Source of the DNA: an uncultured bacterium
GTDB lineage: Bacteria > Abyssobacteria > SURF-5
Assembly (NCBI GenBank): GCA_964607485.1
Contig: CAZSKP010000024.1
Span: 1 to 64,000, forward strand
Direction: 5' to 3'
DNA length: 64,000 nucleotides
The position numbers and the translations under genes were made by a program. This document shows, one piece after another, positions 20,407 to 29,822 of the stretch. The notes under the pieces are model-generated. The model was given only the letters and a program-made list of their open reading frames with translations. It was not told the origin of the DNA and ran no database searches. The number at the start of each line of letters is the position of its first letter. The first letter of the stretch is position 1.

Positions 20407-21411
20407 ATGGCCAGACAATACAGCGTTGCAATAGCAGGGGCGACCGGCGCGGTCGGAGTGGAAATGCGCCAAATCGTCGAACAGCGCAATTTCCCCGTCG
20501 GCAACCTGAAGCTGCTCGCCTCTAACCGTTCCGTCGGAAAAGAGCTTGAGTTCAGGGGCGAAAAGATCAAGGTCGAAGAACTCAAGCCCGAGCGCTTCGA
20601 CGGCGTCGAGATAGTGCTCTCATCGCCGGGCGCGACCGTCAGCAAGTGGTATGTCCCCGAGGCCGTGAAGCGCGGATGCGTGATTGTTGACAACACCAGC
20701 GCGTTCCGGATGGACCCCGACGTGCCGCTCGTCGTGCCCGAGGTCAACGCGCACGCCATCAAGCGGCACAAGGGAATCATCGCAAACCCCAACTGCTCGA
20801 CCATCCAGATGGTCGTCGTTCTGAAACCCCTCCACGACGCGGCGAAGATCAGGCGCGTCGTCGTCTCGACCTATCAGTCGGTCTCGGGCACCGGCCAGAA
20901 GGCGATAGTGGAACTGCGCGAGCAGACCCGCGCGTTGATGAACGGCAAGCAGTACCCGCCCAAGGTATATCCTCACCAGATAGCGTTCAACGCGTTGCCG
21001 CACATCGACGTGTTCCTCGAGAACGCCTATACCAAGGAAGAGATGAAAATGGTCAACGAGACCAAGAAGATCATGGAGGACGACTCCATAAAGGTCACCG
21101 CGACTACCGTGCGGGTGCCCGTCTACCGTGCGCATTCGGAGTCGGTCAACATCGAGTTTGAGTCGGAAATGACTCCGGAGAGCGCGCGCGAAATTCTTTC
21201 CAAAGCGCCCGGACTGAAGGTTGTGGACGACCCGTCCAAGGCGCTCTATCCGCTCGCGACCGAGTGTGAGGGGCTGGACGACACGTTTGTGGGCCGCATC
21301 CGCGTTGACGACACCGTCGAGCACGGCCTCAATATGTGGATCGTCTCCGACAACCTCCGCAAGGGAGCCGCGCTCAACGCCGTCCAGATAGCCGAGCGCC
21401 TGATCGCCTGA
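20407..21411 (+). CDS. asd: aspartate-semialdehyde dehydrogenase
   Basis: GATGAVG, IANPNCSTIQ, TYQSVSGTG and DNLRKGAALNAVQIAE. Confidence 0.96.
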   Translation: MARQYSVAIAGATGAVGVEMRQIVEQRNFPVGNLKLLASNRSVGKELEFRGEKIKVEELKPERFDGVEIVLSSPGATVSKWYVPEAVKRGCVIVDNTSAFRMDPDVPLVVPEVNAHAIKRHKGIIANPNCSTIQMVVVLKPLHDAAKIRRVVVSTYQSVSGTGQKAIVELREQTRALMNGKQYPPKVYPHQIAFNALPHIDVFLENAYTKEEMKMVNETKKIMEDDSIKVTATTVRVPVYRAHSESVNIEFESEMTPESAREILSKAPGLKVVDDPSKALYPLATECEGLDDTFVGRIRVDDTVEHGLNMWIVSDNLRKGAALNAVQIAERLIA

Positions 21412-21503
21412 GCTTCGGCGCTCGCCCCCGGGGGTGCGGACGGAACACGGCGTCTCACTCGCGTCGGCCACCGCTGAGTCGGGATAGAGACTGGGATATT
21501 GTC

Positions 21504-22106
21504 TTGGACTACTCCTCGCATCTAGCCTATTTCTATGTCGGACTGCTCCTCTTTCTAGGTAGCCTGGGCCTTCCCTTTCCCGAAGAGATTATTCTGCTTT
21601 CAGCCGGTTACCTGGCCGGCACGGGAGTGGTGCGCCTGTGGCTGATGCTGCCCTATACCATGGGCATTCTGATAATCAGCGATAACGTGACATATTACGT
21701 CAGCAGAAGACTCGGGAGAGGGTTCATACTAAAGTGGGGGCATTACGTTTTTTTCCCGGTTCATCGGCTGGAAAAACTCGAGGACTATTATCGAAAACAC
21801 GGGAACAAGACGGTATTTTTCTCGCGTCTGCTCATTGGCTTCCGCTTTGTCGGCATAATGGTTGCCGGAATTACCAAGATGCCGTGGAAAAAATTCTTCG
21901 GATACGACTTGTTGAGCATCATAATTTATCTGCCAATAGTCTTAGGTTTGGGTTATTTGTTTTGTTACCATTTGGATTTGGTCTTAAAAGACTTTCGACT
22001 TCTCAGACATGCGATCTTTGTAATTGTCGTAATATTGATTCTCGTTTGGTTCATCAAGAAATTATCCGCCGGCGCAGCCGACCCGCCTGATAAGAGTGAC
22101 CCCTGA
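21504..22106 (+). CDS. DedA-family membrane protein
   Basis: GLPFPEEIIL..AGYL, DNVTYY and FFSRLLIGFR; start (TTG) uncertain. Confidence 0.85.
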   Translation: MDYSSHLAYFYVGLLLFLGSLGLPFPEEIILLSAGYLAGTGVVRLWLMLPYTMGILIISDNVTYYVSRRLGRGFILKWGHYVFFPVHRLEKLEDYYRKHGNKTVFFSRLLIGFRFVGIMVAGITKMPWKKFFGYDLLSIIIYLPIVLGLGYLFCYHLDLVLKDFRLLRHAIFVIVVILILVWFIKKLSAGAADPPDKSDP

Positions 22107-22149
22107 TACTTTGGGTATAACATCGCCAAGCCGCGCAGCGTGGCCACAT

Positions 22150-22734
22150 TCAGGCTGTACCTGCGCTCTCGCCGCCACGGTCGCCGGCCTTATCCCCGTC
22201 ATTCAACAGTTGTGTTAGCATCGCGATCTGCTCGCGCTGCAGATTGAGCAGGTCCGCCCACTGCGATTCACGCAGACTGTCGAGCTTCTGGTGCAACGCC
22301 GAAATCTCCAGTTCGGCCTTCAGGTTCACCTCAAAGTCGTGCGCCGCGTCCAGGCGATCCTTTGCCGCTTGCCGATTCTGCGACATCATAATGACGGGCG
22401 CCTGCAGCGCGGCAAGCATGGACAGGAAAAGGTTGAGCAAGATGTACGGGTAAGGATCGAACGCCCGTCGCGCCAAAAGGAAGGAATTAAGCAGCACCCA
22501 CGCGAGCAGGAATGTGCAGGAAATGAAGATAAACGGCCACGACCCCCCGAACACCGCGACGCGATCCGCAAGACGCTGGCCGAAGGTCAGCCGTTCATCG
22601 AATTCACGGTTGGTGTCCCGACTGATATGCCTGCCCTCTGCGATCCGCCGAATGATTCCCTGCTCATGCTTTGACAATTCCTCAAAGCTGGTATGGAACA
22701 GCTTCTTGGCTATTTCCCGTAAATGATTGGTCAT
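22150..22734 (-). CDS. DUF1003-domain membrane protein
   Basis: ADRVAVFGGSW, FDPYPYILLNLFLS and QAPVIMMSQNRQ. Confidence 0.88.
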   Translation of the reverse strand: MTNHLREIAKKLFHTSFEELSKHEQGIIRRIAEGRHISRDTNREFDERLTFGQRLADRVAVFGGSWPFIFISCTFLLAWVLLNSFLLARRAFDPYPYILLNLFLSMLAALQAPVIMMSQNRQAAKDRLDAAHDFEVNLKAELEISALHQKLDSLRESQWADLLNLQREQIAMLTQLLNDGDKAGDRGGESAGTA

Positions 22735-22803
22735 GTCATTCTCCCTTTTGAAGGGCCTTCGGTCTCTGCTCGGCGGGCGCGGAGCAAACGGAGAAACGCC
22801 TTA

Positions 22804-23466
22804 TTACTGCTTGGCAGGTTCGACCTTCTTCCCGATCTCATCGATTTCCTCGCCGAGCGCCGCGATAACCTTCTCAGCCTCTTCCGCCACCCAGCCGGTG
22901 CCTCCCAGAAGCTTTCCGGACAGAAGGTTAATGTCTTCCACTACCTTGTCAACATACTCTTTCCGTTCATAACCGGGCCAGATGACCGCACGCTGAAGAT
23001 GGATTGCCGCGACTTTGAAAGCCTGGGCTGCGGTATCGACATCTTTTGCCTCCCATGCTTTTACGCCGTAGGCATAGTGGCTCTTTGCCAGGGCATAATG
23101 GGCGTGCGAAAAAGCTTTATCAAGTCTCTCGACGGAAGCCACGTTACCTTTTTCCACGTTGTCCGCCAACCCTCTTAGTTCACGCGCCGAAGCCATGAGT
23201 GTTTTCGTCTCTTTGTCCCTGGCGCGCTCGGCTTCCACCATCAAGAGCGCCGCGCCTTGTCGAATATTCTCAGCCGAAGCGGCGGCCTTGCCGTCCAGAA
23301 AAGCCGCACGAGCGTCGTCGAAATGGCGCTCCACATCGTGCACCAGGTAGATTCCAACGTCGTCGTACCAATCGATCTTTTGCTCTCCCTCTTCCTGGGC
23401 CAATGACCTCGTCGCGGACAGCACGATTGCAAGCGCGACCACCAAGCCGAAAGCTGTATGACGCAT
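22804..23466 (-). CDS. exported helical hypothetical protein
   Basis: AAGGAGG SD, Sec-type signal peptide MRHTAFGLVVALAIVLSATRSLA and amphipathic helices. Confidence 0.65.
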   Translation of the reverse strand: MRHTAFGLVVALAIVLSATRSLAQEEGEQKIDWYDDVGIYLVHDVERHFDDARAAFLDGKAAASAENIRQGAALLMVEAERARDKETKTLMASARELRGLADNVEKGNVASVERLDKAFSHAHYALAKSHYAYGVKAWEAKDVDTAAQAFKVAAIHLQRAVIWPGYERKEYVDKVVEDINLLSGKLLGGTGWVAEEAEKVIAALGEEIDEIGKKVEPAKQ

Positions 23467-23707
23467 GGTTTTGTCCTCCTTTTGAGTGCCGTTAGCGGGA
23501 AAGTGACCCTCAGTGATTTCGATAGAAACTGTATCAACGAACCGTTCATTTGGCAAGAGCCGGTTCCGCGACATGGAGTTCATAATGAAGCTTGATTTCT
23601 CCCCGATTCTACCGGTATAGTTACACTGACGGGGTGACATCTGAATTGCTGCTTGCGCAAGAGGCAAGCATCCAACGAATATCCGTCGGAGCGTATGTGG
23701 CTGGTAG

Positions 23708-24487
23708 GTGCTTCACGGGGTCCTTCAGGTGCGCGGCATCAAGCTTGTTCTCCAATATGACGGTACCAACTACGCCGGCTGGCAGGTGCAGAACAACGCC
23801 GTCACTGTGCAGGAACTTGTCGAGAAAGCGCTTGCCACCGTGCTGCGGGAGGAGGTTCGCGTTGCCGGAGCGAGCCGAACGGACTCGGGCGTACACGCGC
23901 TCGGTCAGGTGGCGGCGTTCAAGACATCGAACCCCTTTTCCACAAAGAGACTGTTTCGCGCGCTGAACGGAATCCTTCCGCCCGACATCCGCGTGACCGA
24001 GGTCGCCGAAGTCGAGGAAGGCTTCGTGCCCCGGTTCGCCAAGGAGAAAACCTATCGCTACGCCATTGCGTCTGGAGAAGCGCTCAGCCCCTTCCAGAGC
24101 CGCTACGCATGGCACGTGCGCAGGCCGCTCGACTTCGACGCGATGCAGGAGGCGGCGGAACCTCTCGTCGGCGAGCACGACTTCACATCGTTCACCGCCT
24201 CCGGCGGCGGCGAGAAGACGCGCGTTCGAAACATTTTCGGAGTGACTTTCGGCAAGGGCGGAATCGTGAACACGTGCCTGGACGACGAGGGAATCTATCA
24301 CTTTGACATCTCCGCGAACGGGTTCCTGTATAAAATGGCTCGAAACATTGTAGGGACTCTGGTTGAGGTGGGCCGGGGCAAGGTCGCTCCGAAGGAGATA
24401 CCCGGAATAATCGAGGCAAAGGACCGCTCGCTTGCGGGTCCAACCGCCCCCGCGCACGGTCTGTGCCTTGTGTCGGTTACGTATTGA
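23708..24487 (+). CDS. truA: tRNA pseudouridine(38-40) synthase
   Basis: YDGTNYAGWQ, SRTDSGVHALGQ, GEHDFTSF, NGFLYKMARNIVG and TAPAHGLCL. Confidence 0.95.
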   Translation: MLHGVLQVRGIKLVLQYDGTNYAGWQVQNNAVTVQELVEKALATVLREEVRVAGASRTDSGVHALGQVAAFKTSNPFSTKRLFRALNGILPPDIRVTEVAEVEEGFVPRFAKEKTYRYAIASGEALSPFQSRYAWHVRRPLDFDAMQEAAEPLVGEHDFTSFTASGGGEKTRVRNIFGVTFGKGGIVNTCLDDEGIYHFDISANGFLYKMARNIVGTLVEVGRGKVAPKEIPGIIEAKDRSLAGPTAPAHGLCLVSVTY

Positions 24488-24510
24488 GGCGCACGAGAGG
24501 ACTACTGAAC

Positions 24511-25242
24511 ATGGTTGAGCACGCGAACATGCCGCTCATAGGAATTTCCACCTGCATCGACGTCGGCAACAGGATCAACCCGGATCGCACCTACCAGTTC
24601 CTGGAGATTTCCTATGCCGACTCCGTCGCCGAGGCGAACGGCATTCCATTCATCGTTCCCTATCTTCGCGACGCGTCGCTTTACGACGCCGTCCTTGCAA
24701 GGCTCAAGGGGCTGATAATATCGGGCGGCGAGGACCTGCCCTCGAACGTGCCCGGCGAAACGCCCGAGCTGCCACTGGCGCTTACGCCTGAATGCCGCCT
24801 CTCACAGGACCGCGTCCTGCTCGAGGGGGCGCTCGCGCGCGGCATACCCGTACTCGGGATTTGCTATGGCATGCAGTTCATCAACCTGCACTTTGGCGGG
24901 ACCCTTTTCTACGACATTTCTCACCAGCTCCCAGGCAAGCACAACCATAAGCCGGGCGACATGACGCGCCGGCATATTGTCCGAATCGAGAAGAACAGCC
25001 GCCTCGAGTCGATCATCGGAAGCGCCGAGATTGATGTGAACTCGAGCCATCATCAGGCGGTTCGCGACGTGGGCAGCGGCCTGAAAATAGCTGGTGTCTG
25101 CGAGGACGGCGTCATTGAAGCCATCGAGACGGAGGGGGAAGGCTTTGTCGTCGGGATACAGTGGCATCCCGAGAAAGCAGCCGACGAAAACCGTCGAAAG
25201 ATTTTCTCTGCGTTCGTCGAAGCATGCAAGGCGCGAGGGTGA
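24511..25242 (+). CDS. gamma-glutamyl-gamma-aminobutyrate hydrolase family (peptidase C26, class I glutamine amidotransferase)
   Basis: SGGED, PVLGICYGMQ, VNSSHHQAV and GIQWHPE. Confidence 0.88.
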   Translation: MVEHANMPLIGISTCIDVGNRINPDRTYQFLEISYADSVAEANGIPFIVPYLRDASLYDAVLARLKGLIISGGEDLPSNVPGETPELPLALTPECRLSQDRVLLEGALARGIPVLGICYGMQFINLHFGGTLFYDISHQLPGKHNHKPGDMTRRHIVRIEKNSRLESIIGSAEIDVNSSHHQAVRDVGSGLKIAGVCEDGVIEAIETEGEGFVVGIQWHPEKAADENRRKIFSAFVEACKARG

Positions 25243-25293
25243 GCTAAGGGGATCCTACGCGGAAGGTCCGCCCCCGTCTTACCGAAAGATATT

Positions 25294-27903
25294 ATGAATT
25301 GGCGGCGTTCAATACCTCTACTCCTGACCGCATTTTTGACGATATCGTCGCTTTCCTGCGGCCGCGCTGAGAGAGATTTCTCCGCCCTGGAGCTGAGCAT
25401 CGTCCAGGACCCCACGAGTCTCGACCCGGCGATGATAGTCGACGTCACCGGCGGCTCCGTCGCCGCAAAGCTTTTCAACGGGCTTGTGAGGTTCGACGAA
25501 CGCATGAACGTCGCGCCCGATGTCGCCGCGAGTTGGCGCATTTCTGCCGATGGCCGAACCTACACGTTCTTCCTCAGGCGCGATGTCCTCTTCCATAATG
25601 GCCGCCGTCTCACGGCGCAGGACGTCAAGTATTCTTTCGAGCGAGTGCTCTCGCCCCTGTCGGGGTCGCGCCGCAAGTGGCTTTTCGAGCCGATTGCGGG
25701 AGCCCGGGAATTCACGGAGGGACGGGCCGAGGAGGTGGCCGGCATCGTCGTTGCCGACGACCACACACTCCGAATCACGCTCGAGCGGCCGCTTTCCGTT
25801 TTCCTCGGATTCCTTGCAATGCCCAACGCCTACATTGTCCCCCGCGAAGAGGTCGAACGCTGGGGAAAGGATTTCTCCGACCATGTCATCGGCACCGGCC
25901 CGTTCGTCCTAAAGGAATGGAGGCACGACGACTTTCTGAAGCTCGCGCGCAACGAACGATATTTCGGCGACCGCGCTCGCGTGGAGGCGATAGATTACCG
26001 TGTGCTTCCCGAAGACTTCACGCGAGTGGCCGAGTTCGAGGCAGGCAATCTCGACGTAATCGAGGTGCCGGCGGCAGAGTTCGCGAGGCTTTCGAGCGAC
26101 CCCTTCTGGCGCAAGCACATGAAATCGCGGGTAGGGCTCAACACGTACTACCTGGGCTTCAACTGTCAGAAGGCTCCGATGAGCGACCCGGCCTTTCGTC
26201 GGGCCGTGAGCCTCGCTATCGACCGGCGGAAGATCGTGGACGTGACGCTCCAGGGGCGCGCTCGCCTGGCCAACGGCCCCATTCCGCCCGAACTGCCCGG
26301 CCACAACGCCGAGCTGTCCGGATACGGGTATGAGCCCGAACGCGCGCGACAGGCGCTGTCGTCGCTCGGCGAGGAAGCACGACGGCCGCTGAAGCTCTAT
26401 CAGAGCGCCGACCGACGCACCCTCGAGATCACCGAGGCCGTGCAGTATTACCTCCGGAAGGCGGGGCTGGAGGTGGAAATAGTGCAGCTCGAATGGACGG
26501 CGTTCAAACAGGCGCTGAACGACGGCCAGGCCGACATGTTCCTGCTATCCTGGTACGCCGATTATCCCGACGCCGAAAATTTTCTCTTCCCCGTATTTCA
26601 TTCGTCCAACTGGGGCGCAGCCGGCAACCGCGCCTTCTACCGGAACCCCGCGTTCGACTCGCTCATCGAGCGGGCGCAGCGCGAGCCCGACCCGAACAAA
26701 CGTTCTTCGCTGTATCAAAAGGCGGAGGCGATGGTGGTCGGCGACGCTCCATGGGTTTTCCTGTGGCATCGAACCGATTTCTTCCTCGCACAGCCGTGGG
26801 TGACCGACTTCGAGCCCGTGGCGATATACAACGCCGACAAGGGAATCGACGTGGGAATCGCCCGCTCGGGAAGGGCGGAAACGGCGCGGGCCGGCGTGGC
26901 CGGCTGGCTTCTGCTGGCGCCGATTGCGGCGGTGTTCGTGCTCGGGCTGGGTTACCTCGTGCTGAGGCCGACGCTCCTTCGTTTTGCCGGCCGCAGGTTG
27001 CTCTTCGCCGTTCCGACGCTCGTCGGGGTGGCGGTCGTCGTCTTTGCGATTCTGAAGATGGTGCCGGGAGACCCGGCGCTGGCAATGGTGGGCGAGCGTG
27101 CCGACTCGGCGACAATCGAGCAGATACGCAGCAACCTCGGCTTGGACGAACCCCTGCCTGCCCAGTTCCTGAGATATCTGGTTCTTGTGGGGAGAGGAGA
27201 GCTGGGGCGTTCCTACTACACGAACAGGCCGGTCGCGGTCAGCCTCATCGAGAAATTTCCCAACACCTTGAGGCTGGCTGGAGCGGCCATAGTAATATCA
27301 ATACTCTTTGGAATGACGCTTGGGATAATCTCCGCGATAAAACACAATACTCTCGCCGACAGACTGTTCGGAGTAGTTTCCGTCTTGGGGATATCGACGC
27401 CCGTGTTCTGGCTTGCGCTCCTGTTGGTGCTCGTATTTGCCTACAAGCTCGGCTGGCTTCCGCCCTCCGGCATGGGCAACGGTGCACTCGCATATCTCGT
27501 GCTTCCCGCTATCGCGCTCGGCACGAACTCGGCCGCGTTCATCGCACGCATCACGCGGTCGAGCATGCTCGAGGTGATGTCGCAGCCGTTCATCACCGCG
27601 GTGAAGGCGAAGGGAGTATCTCCAATTGCCGCAGCGATGAAGCATGCGCTCCGCAACGCGCTGATACCGGTCACGACGCTTATCGGAATCGATATGGGCA
27701 GCTATCTGAACGGGTCGGTTCTCACGGAGACGATTTTCGGGTGGGACGGCATCGGCCGGTACGCAATGACGGCGATCTTGAAACATGACTATCCCGTGAT
27801 TCTCGGCACGGTCCTTTTCGGGTCGGTCGTGTTTGTGCTTGTCAACCTGTTTGTCGATTTGTTCTATGCGGCGATAGATCCGCGCATCAGCCTCGGGGAG
27901 TAA
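25294..27903 (+). CDS. peptide ABC transporter: DppA/OppA-like substrate-binding lipoprotein fused to DppB-like permease
   Basis: Lipobox LSC; SBP family 5 motifs SLDPA, FHNGRRLTAQDVKYS and IGTGPF; a TM linker; then PGDPA...AKG...KHALRNAL...DLFYAAIDPRI. Confidence 0.88.
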   Translation: MNWRRSIPLLLTAFLTISSLSCGRAERDFSALELSIVQDPTSLDPAMIVDVTGGSVAAKLFNGLVRFDERMNVAPDVAASWRISADGRTYTFFLRRDVLFHNGRRLTAQDVKYSFERVLSPLSGSRRKWLFEPIAGAREFTEGRAEEVAGIVVADDHTLRITLERPLSVFLGFLAMPNAYIVPREEVERWGKDFSDHVIGTGPFVLKEWRHDDFLKLARNERYFGDRARVEAIDYRVLPEDFTRVAEFEAGNLDVIEVPAAEFARLSSDPFWRKHMKSRVGLNTYYLGFNCQKAPMSDPAFRRAVSLAIDRRKIVDVTLQGRARLANGPIPPELPGHNAELSGYGYEPERARQALSSLGEEARRPLKLYQSADRRTLEITEAVQYYLRKAGLEVEIVQLEWTAFKQALNDGQADMFLLSWYADYPDAENFLFPVFHSSNWGAAGNRAFYRNPAFDSLIERAQREPDPNKRSSLYQKAEAMVVGDAPWVFLWHRTDFFLAQPWVTDFEPVAIYNADKGIDVGIARSGRAETARAGVAGWLLLAPIAAVFVLGLGYLVLRPTLLRFAGRRLLFAVPTLVGVAVVVFAILKMVPGDPALAMVGERADSATIEQIRSNLGLDEPLPAQFLRYLVLVGRGELGRSYYTNRPVAVSLIEKFPNTLRLAGAAIVISILFGMTLGIISAIKHNTLADRLFGVVSVLGISTPVFWLALLLVLVFAYKLGWLPPSGMGNGALAYLVLPAIALGTNSAAFIARITRSSMLEVMSQPFITAVKAKGVSPIAAAMKHALRNALIPVTTLIGIDMGSYLNGSVLTETIFGWDGIGRYAMTAILKHDYPVILGTVLFGSVVFVLVNLFVDLFYAAIDPRISLGE

Positions 27904-27914
27904 TTTCTTCCGGC

Positions 27915-28793
27915 ATGCGCGCCGCCGCAGTGGCTAGAAAGGCCGAATCAACCATGTTGCGTCTCAACGTCTGGCAAAGATTCTTCCGGCAAAACAAGCT
28001 CAGCGCTCTTGCCGCCGCCATGCTCGTCGTCATCGTCGTTGCGGCGGCGGTCGGCCCGCTCATCTGGCCGTACTCGCCCGACGAAATCAATCTCGACGAA
28101 GCTCTCCTGCCGCCGAGCATTTCCCATCCCTTCGGCACGGACAACCATGGCCGCGACGTGCTGGCGCGCTCGCTCGCGGGCGCGCGCATTTCGCTGGGCA
28201 TCGGGATCAGCGCGACCGCGCTGTCGCTGGTACTGGGCACTGCCCTGGGCCTGCTGGGAGGTTTTTTCGGGCGGCCGATGGATTCGCTCGCCATCGGCCT
28301 CACCGACGTCACGCTCGCCTTTCCGAGCCTTCTCTTGGCGATTGCAATCAGCGTGATCATCCCGCCGGGCATGGCATCGGTTTTCATCGCCCTGTCGCTC
28401 GTCGGTTGGCCGACGTTCGCCCGGCTCAGTCGGAGCGTGGTACTGTCGATAAAGCAGACCGAATATTTCTCCGCCGCTGCGGCCACCGGTTGCCCGAACG
28501 GACGCCTCATCCTCAAGCACGTGCTCCCCAATTGCATGGCTCTATTGATAGTGGCGGCCAGCCTGCGGCTGGGAGCGTTCATGCTGGGCGAGGCGGCGCT
28601 CAGCTTCCTGGGGCTCGGGGTTCAGCCGCCCACGGCCTCGTGGGGTTCGATGATAAGCCACGGCCGCGATTTTCTGCACTCGGCTCCGTGGATTACAATC
28701 TTTCCTGGCATAGCACTTGCACTCACGATTGTATCGATGAACATTCTCGGCGATTCGCTCCGGGATTATCTGGACCCGAAGATGAGGGTTTGA
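27915..28793 (+). CDS. peptide ABC transporter permease, DppC/OppC-like
   Basis: HPFGTDNHGRDV, KHVLPN, EAALSFLGLG and GDSLRDYLDP. Confidence 0.92.
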   Translation: MRAAAVARKAESTMLRLNVWQRFFRQNKLSALAAAMLVVIVVAAAVGPLIWPYSPDEINLDEALLPPSISHPFGTDNHGRDVLARSLAGARISLGIGISATALSLVLGTALGLLGGFFGRPMDSLAIGLTDVTLAFPSLLLAIAISVIIPPGMASVFIALSLVGWPTFARLSRSVVLSIKQTEYFSAAAATGCPNGRLILKHVLPNCMALLIVAASLRLGAFMLGEAALSFLGLGVQPPTASWGSMISHGRDFLHSAPWITIFPGIALALTIVSMNILGDSLRDYLDPKMRV

Positions 28794-29208
28794 CGGCCTG
28801 CCGCATTGCCGAATATGCGAGCGTATCTCGTTTTATCATTGGGACTTAGGACGCTCGGCGGGCTTACGGCGAGGCGGGTCGGGTGATGGGTTTTCGGTCA
28901 ACACGGATGGAGCGGACAAGTCTAATTTCGTAACTGGCTATCCGAAAAGTGTCGGCATGTCGTCGCATCTGAGGCCCGAAGAGAGGGACGAGCGGTTGAA
29001 GTGCATTTTTCTCGAGCCTGATTCCATCTCGTCCGACGCGGTCTCCGAGCGCAGGAGAGGAGAAAAGAACAGCAAACGAGCGCTTTGCCGGCACGCGAGG
29101 CGCAAGAAAAGGGAGAGTCTTTTCGCAGAGAGGCGAAGTCGCGAACGACGAAAGAAGCAGTATCTTGCACGTCGGCTTCGCAGGAAGCGCGCTTGAGGAG
29201 ATCAGGAA

Positions 29209-29427
29209 ATGAACAGAATCCGCCAGCCGGGTTTTTGGATTTTACTTGCAATCGGCCTTGTCGATATGGTAGTTTTGGTATTGCCTCTTACCTCGCTGGC
29301 AATCATTTTCTGTCTATTGTTTTATCCCGCCGGAATAGGGCATGCCGGCCGGTGGCTCAGCAAGCTATATGAGGACATGAGCCGCGGAAAGACGTCCGGC
29401 GGGCACGCCGAGAGGTCCGATCTCTAG
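29209..29427 (+). CDS. small hypothetical membrane protein
   Basis: 72-aa ORF with a long hydrophobic stretch and GAGGAG SD upstream. Confidence 0.5.
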   Translation: MNRIRQPGFWILLAIGLVDMVVLVLPLTSLAIIFCLLFYPAGIGHAGRWLSKLYEDMSRGKTSGGHAERSDL

Positions 29428-29445
29428 CTCGGCCGGAGGTATTCG

Positions 29446-29817
29446 ATGCCAAAAGGAAAAGTCCTGGTTGTCGAAGACCAGGGCACATTCAGAGAGTTTC
29501 TCCAGGTAAGCCTCACGAAGCTTGGCCTGGAGGTGTTCACTGCGCTCACGGGCAAGGTCGCCCTCAATCGAGCAAAGGAGCATCAGCCCGATCTCATACT
29601 GCTCGACGTGATGCTTCCCGACATGGACGGCTATGAAGTCTGTCGCCAACTGCGCGAAGAGTCGGAGACTTCGCTGACCCCCATCATATTCGTTTCTGCT
29701 GTGAGTTCGGAGAAACACGTTCAGAGAGCGATGGCGGCGGGAGCTACCGATTACCTTGTCAAGCCGCTGAGCATGGAAGACATCAAAACGCTTATCGCCC
29801 ACTACCTGGGTGAATAG
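29446..29817 (+). CDS. single-domain response regulator (receiver)
   Basis: VLVVED, PDLILLDVMLPDMDG and DYLVKP. Confidence 0.92.
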   Translation: MPKGKVLVVEDQGTFREFLQVSLTKLGLEVFTALTGKVALNRAKEHQPDLILLDVMLPDMDGYEVCRQLREESETSLTPIIFVSAVSSEKHVQRAMAAGATDYLVKPLSMEDIKTLIAHYLGE

Positions 29818-29822
29818 TCCTT

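Noticed and set aside
28957-29196. 79-aa extremely basic ORF upstream of the small membrane protein
   Set aside because: No SD and no family motif; purine-rich intergenic DNA can produce such frames, so it is unsupported.
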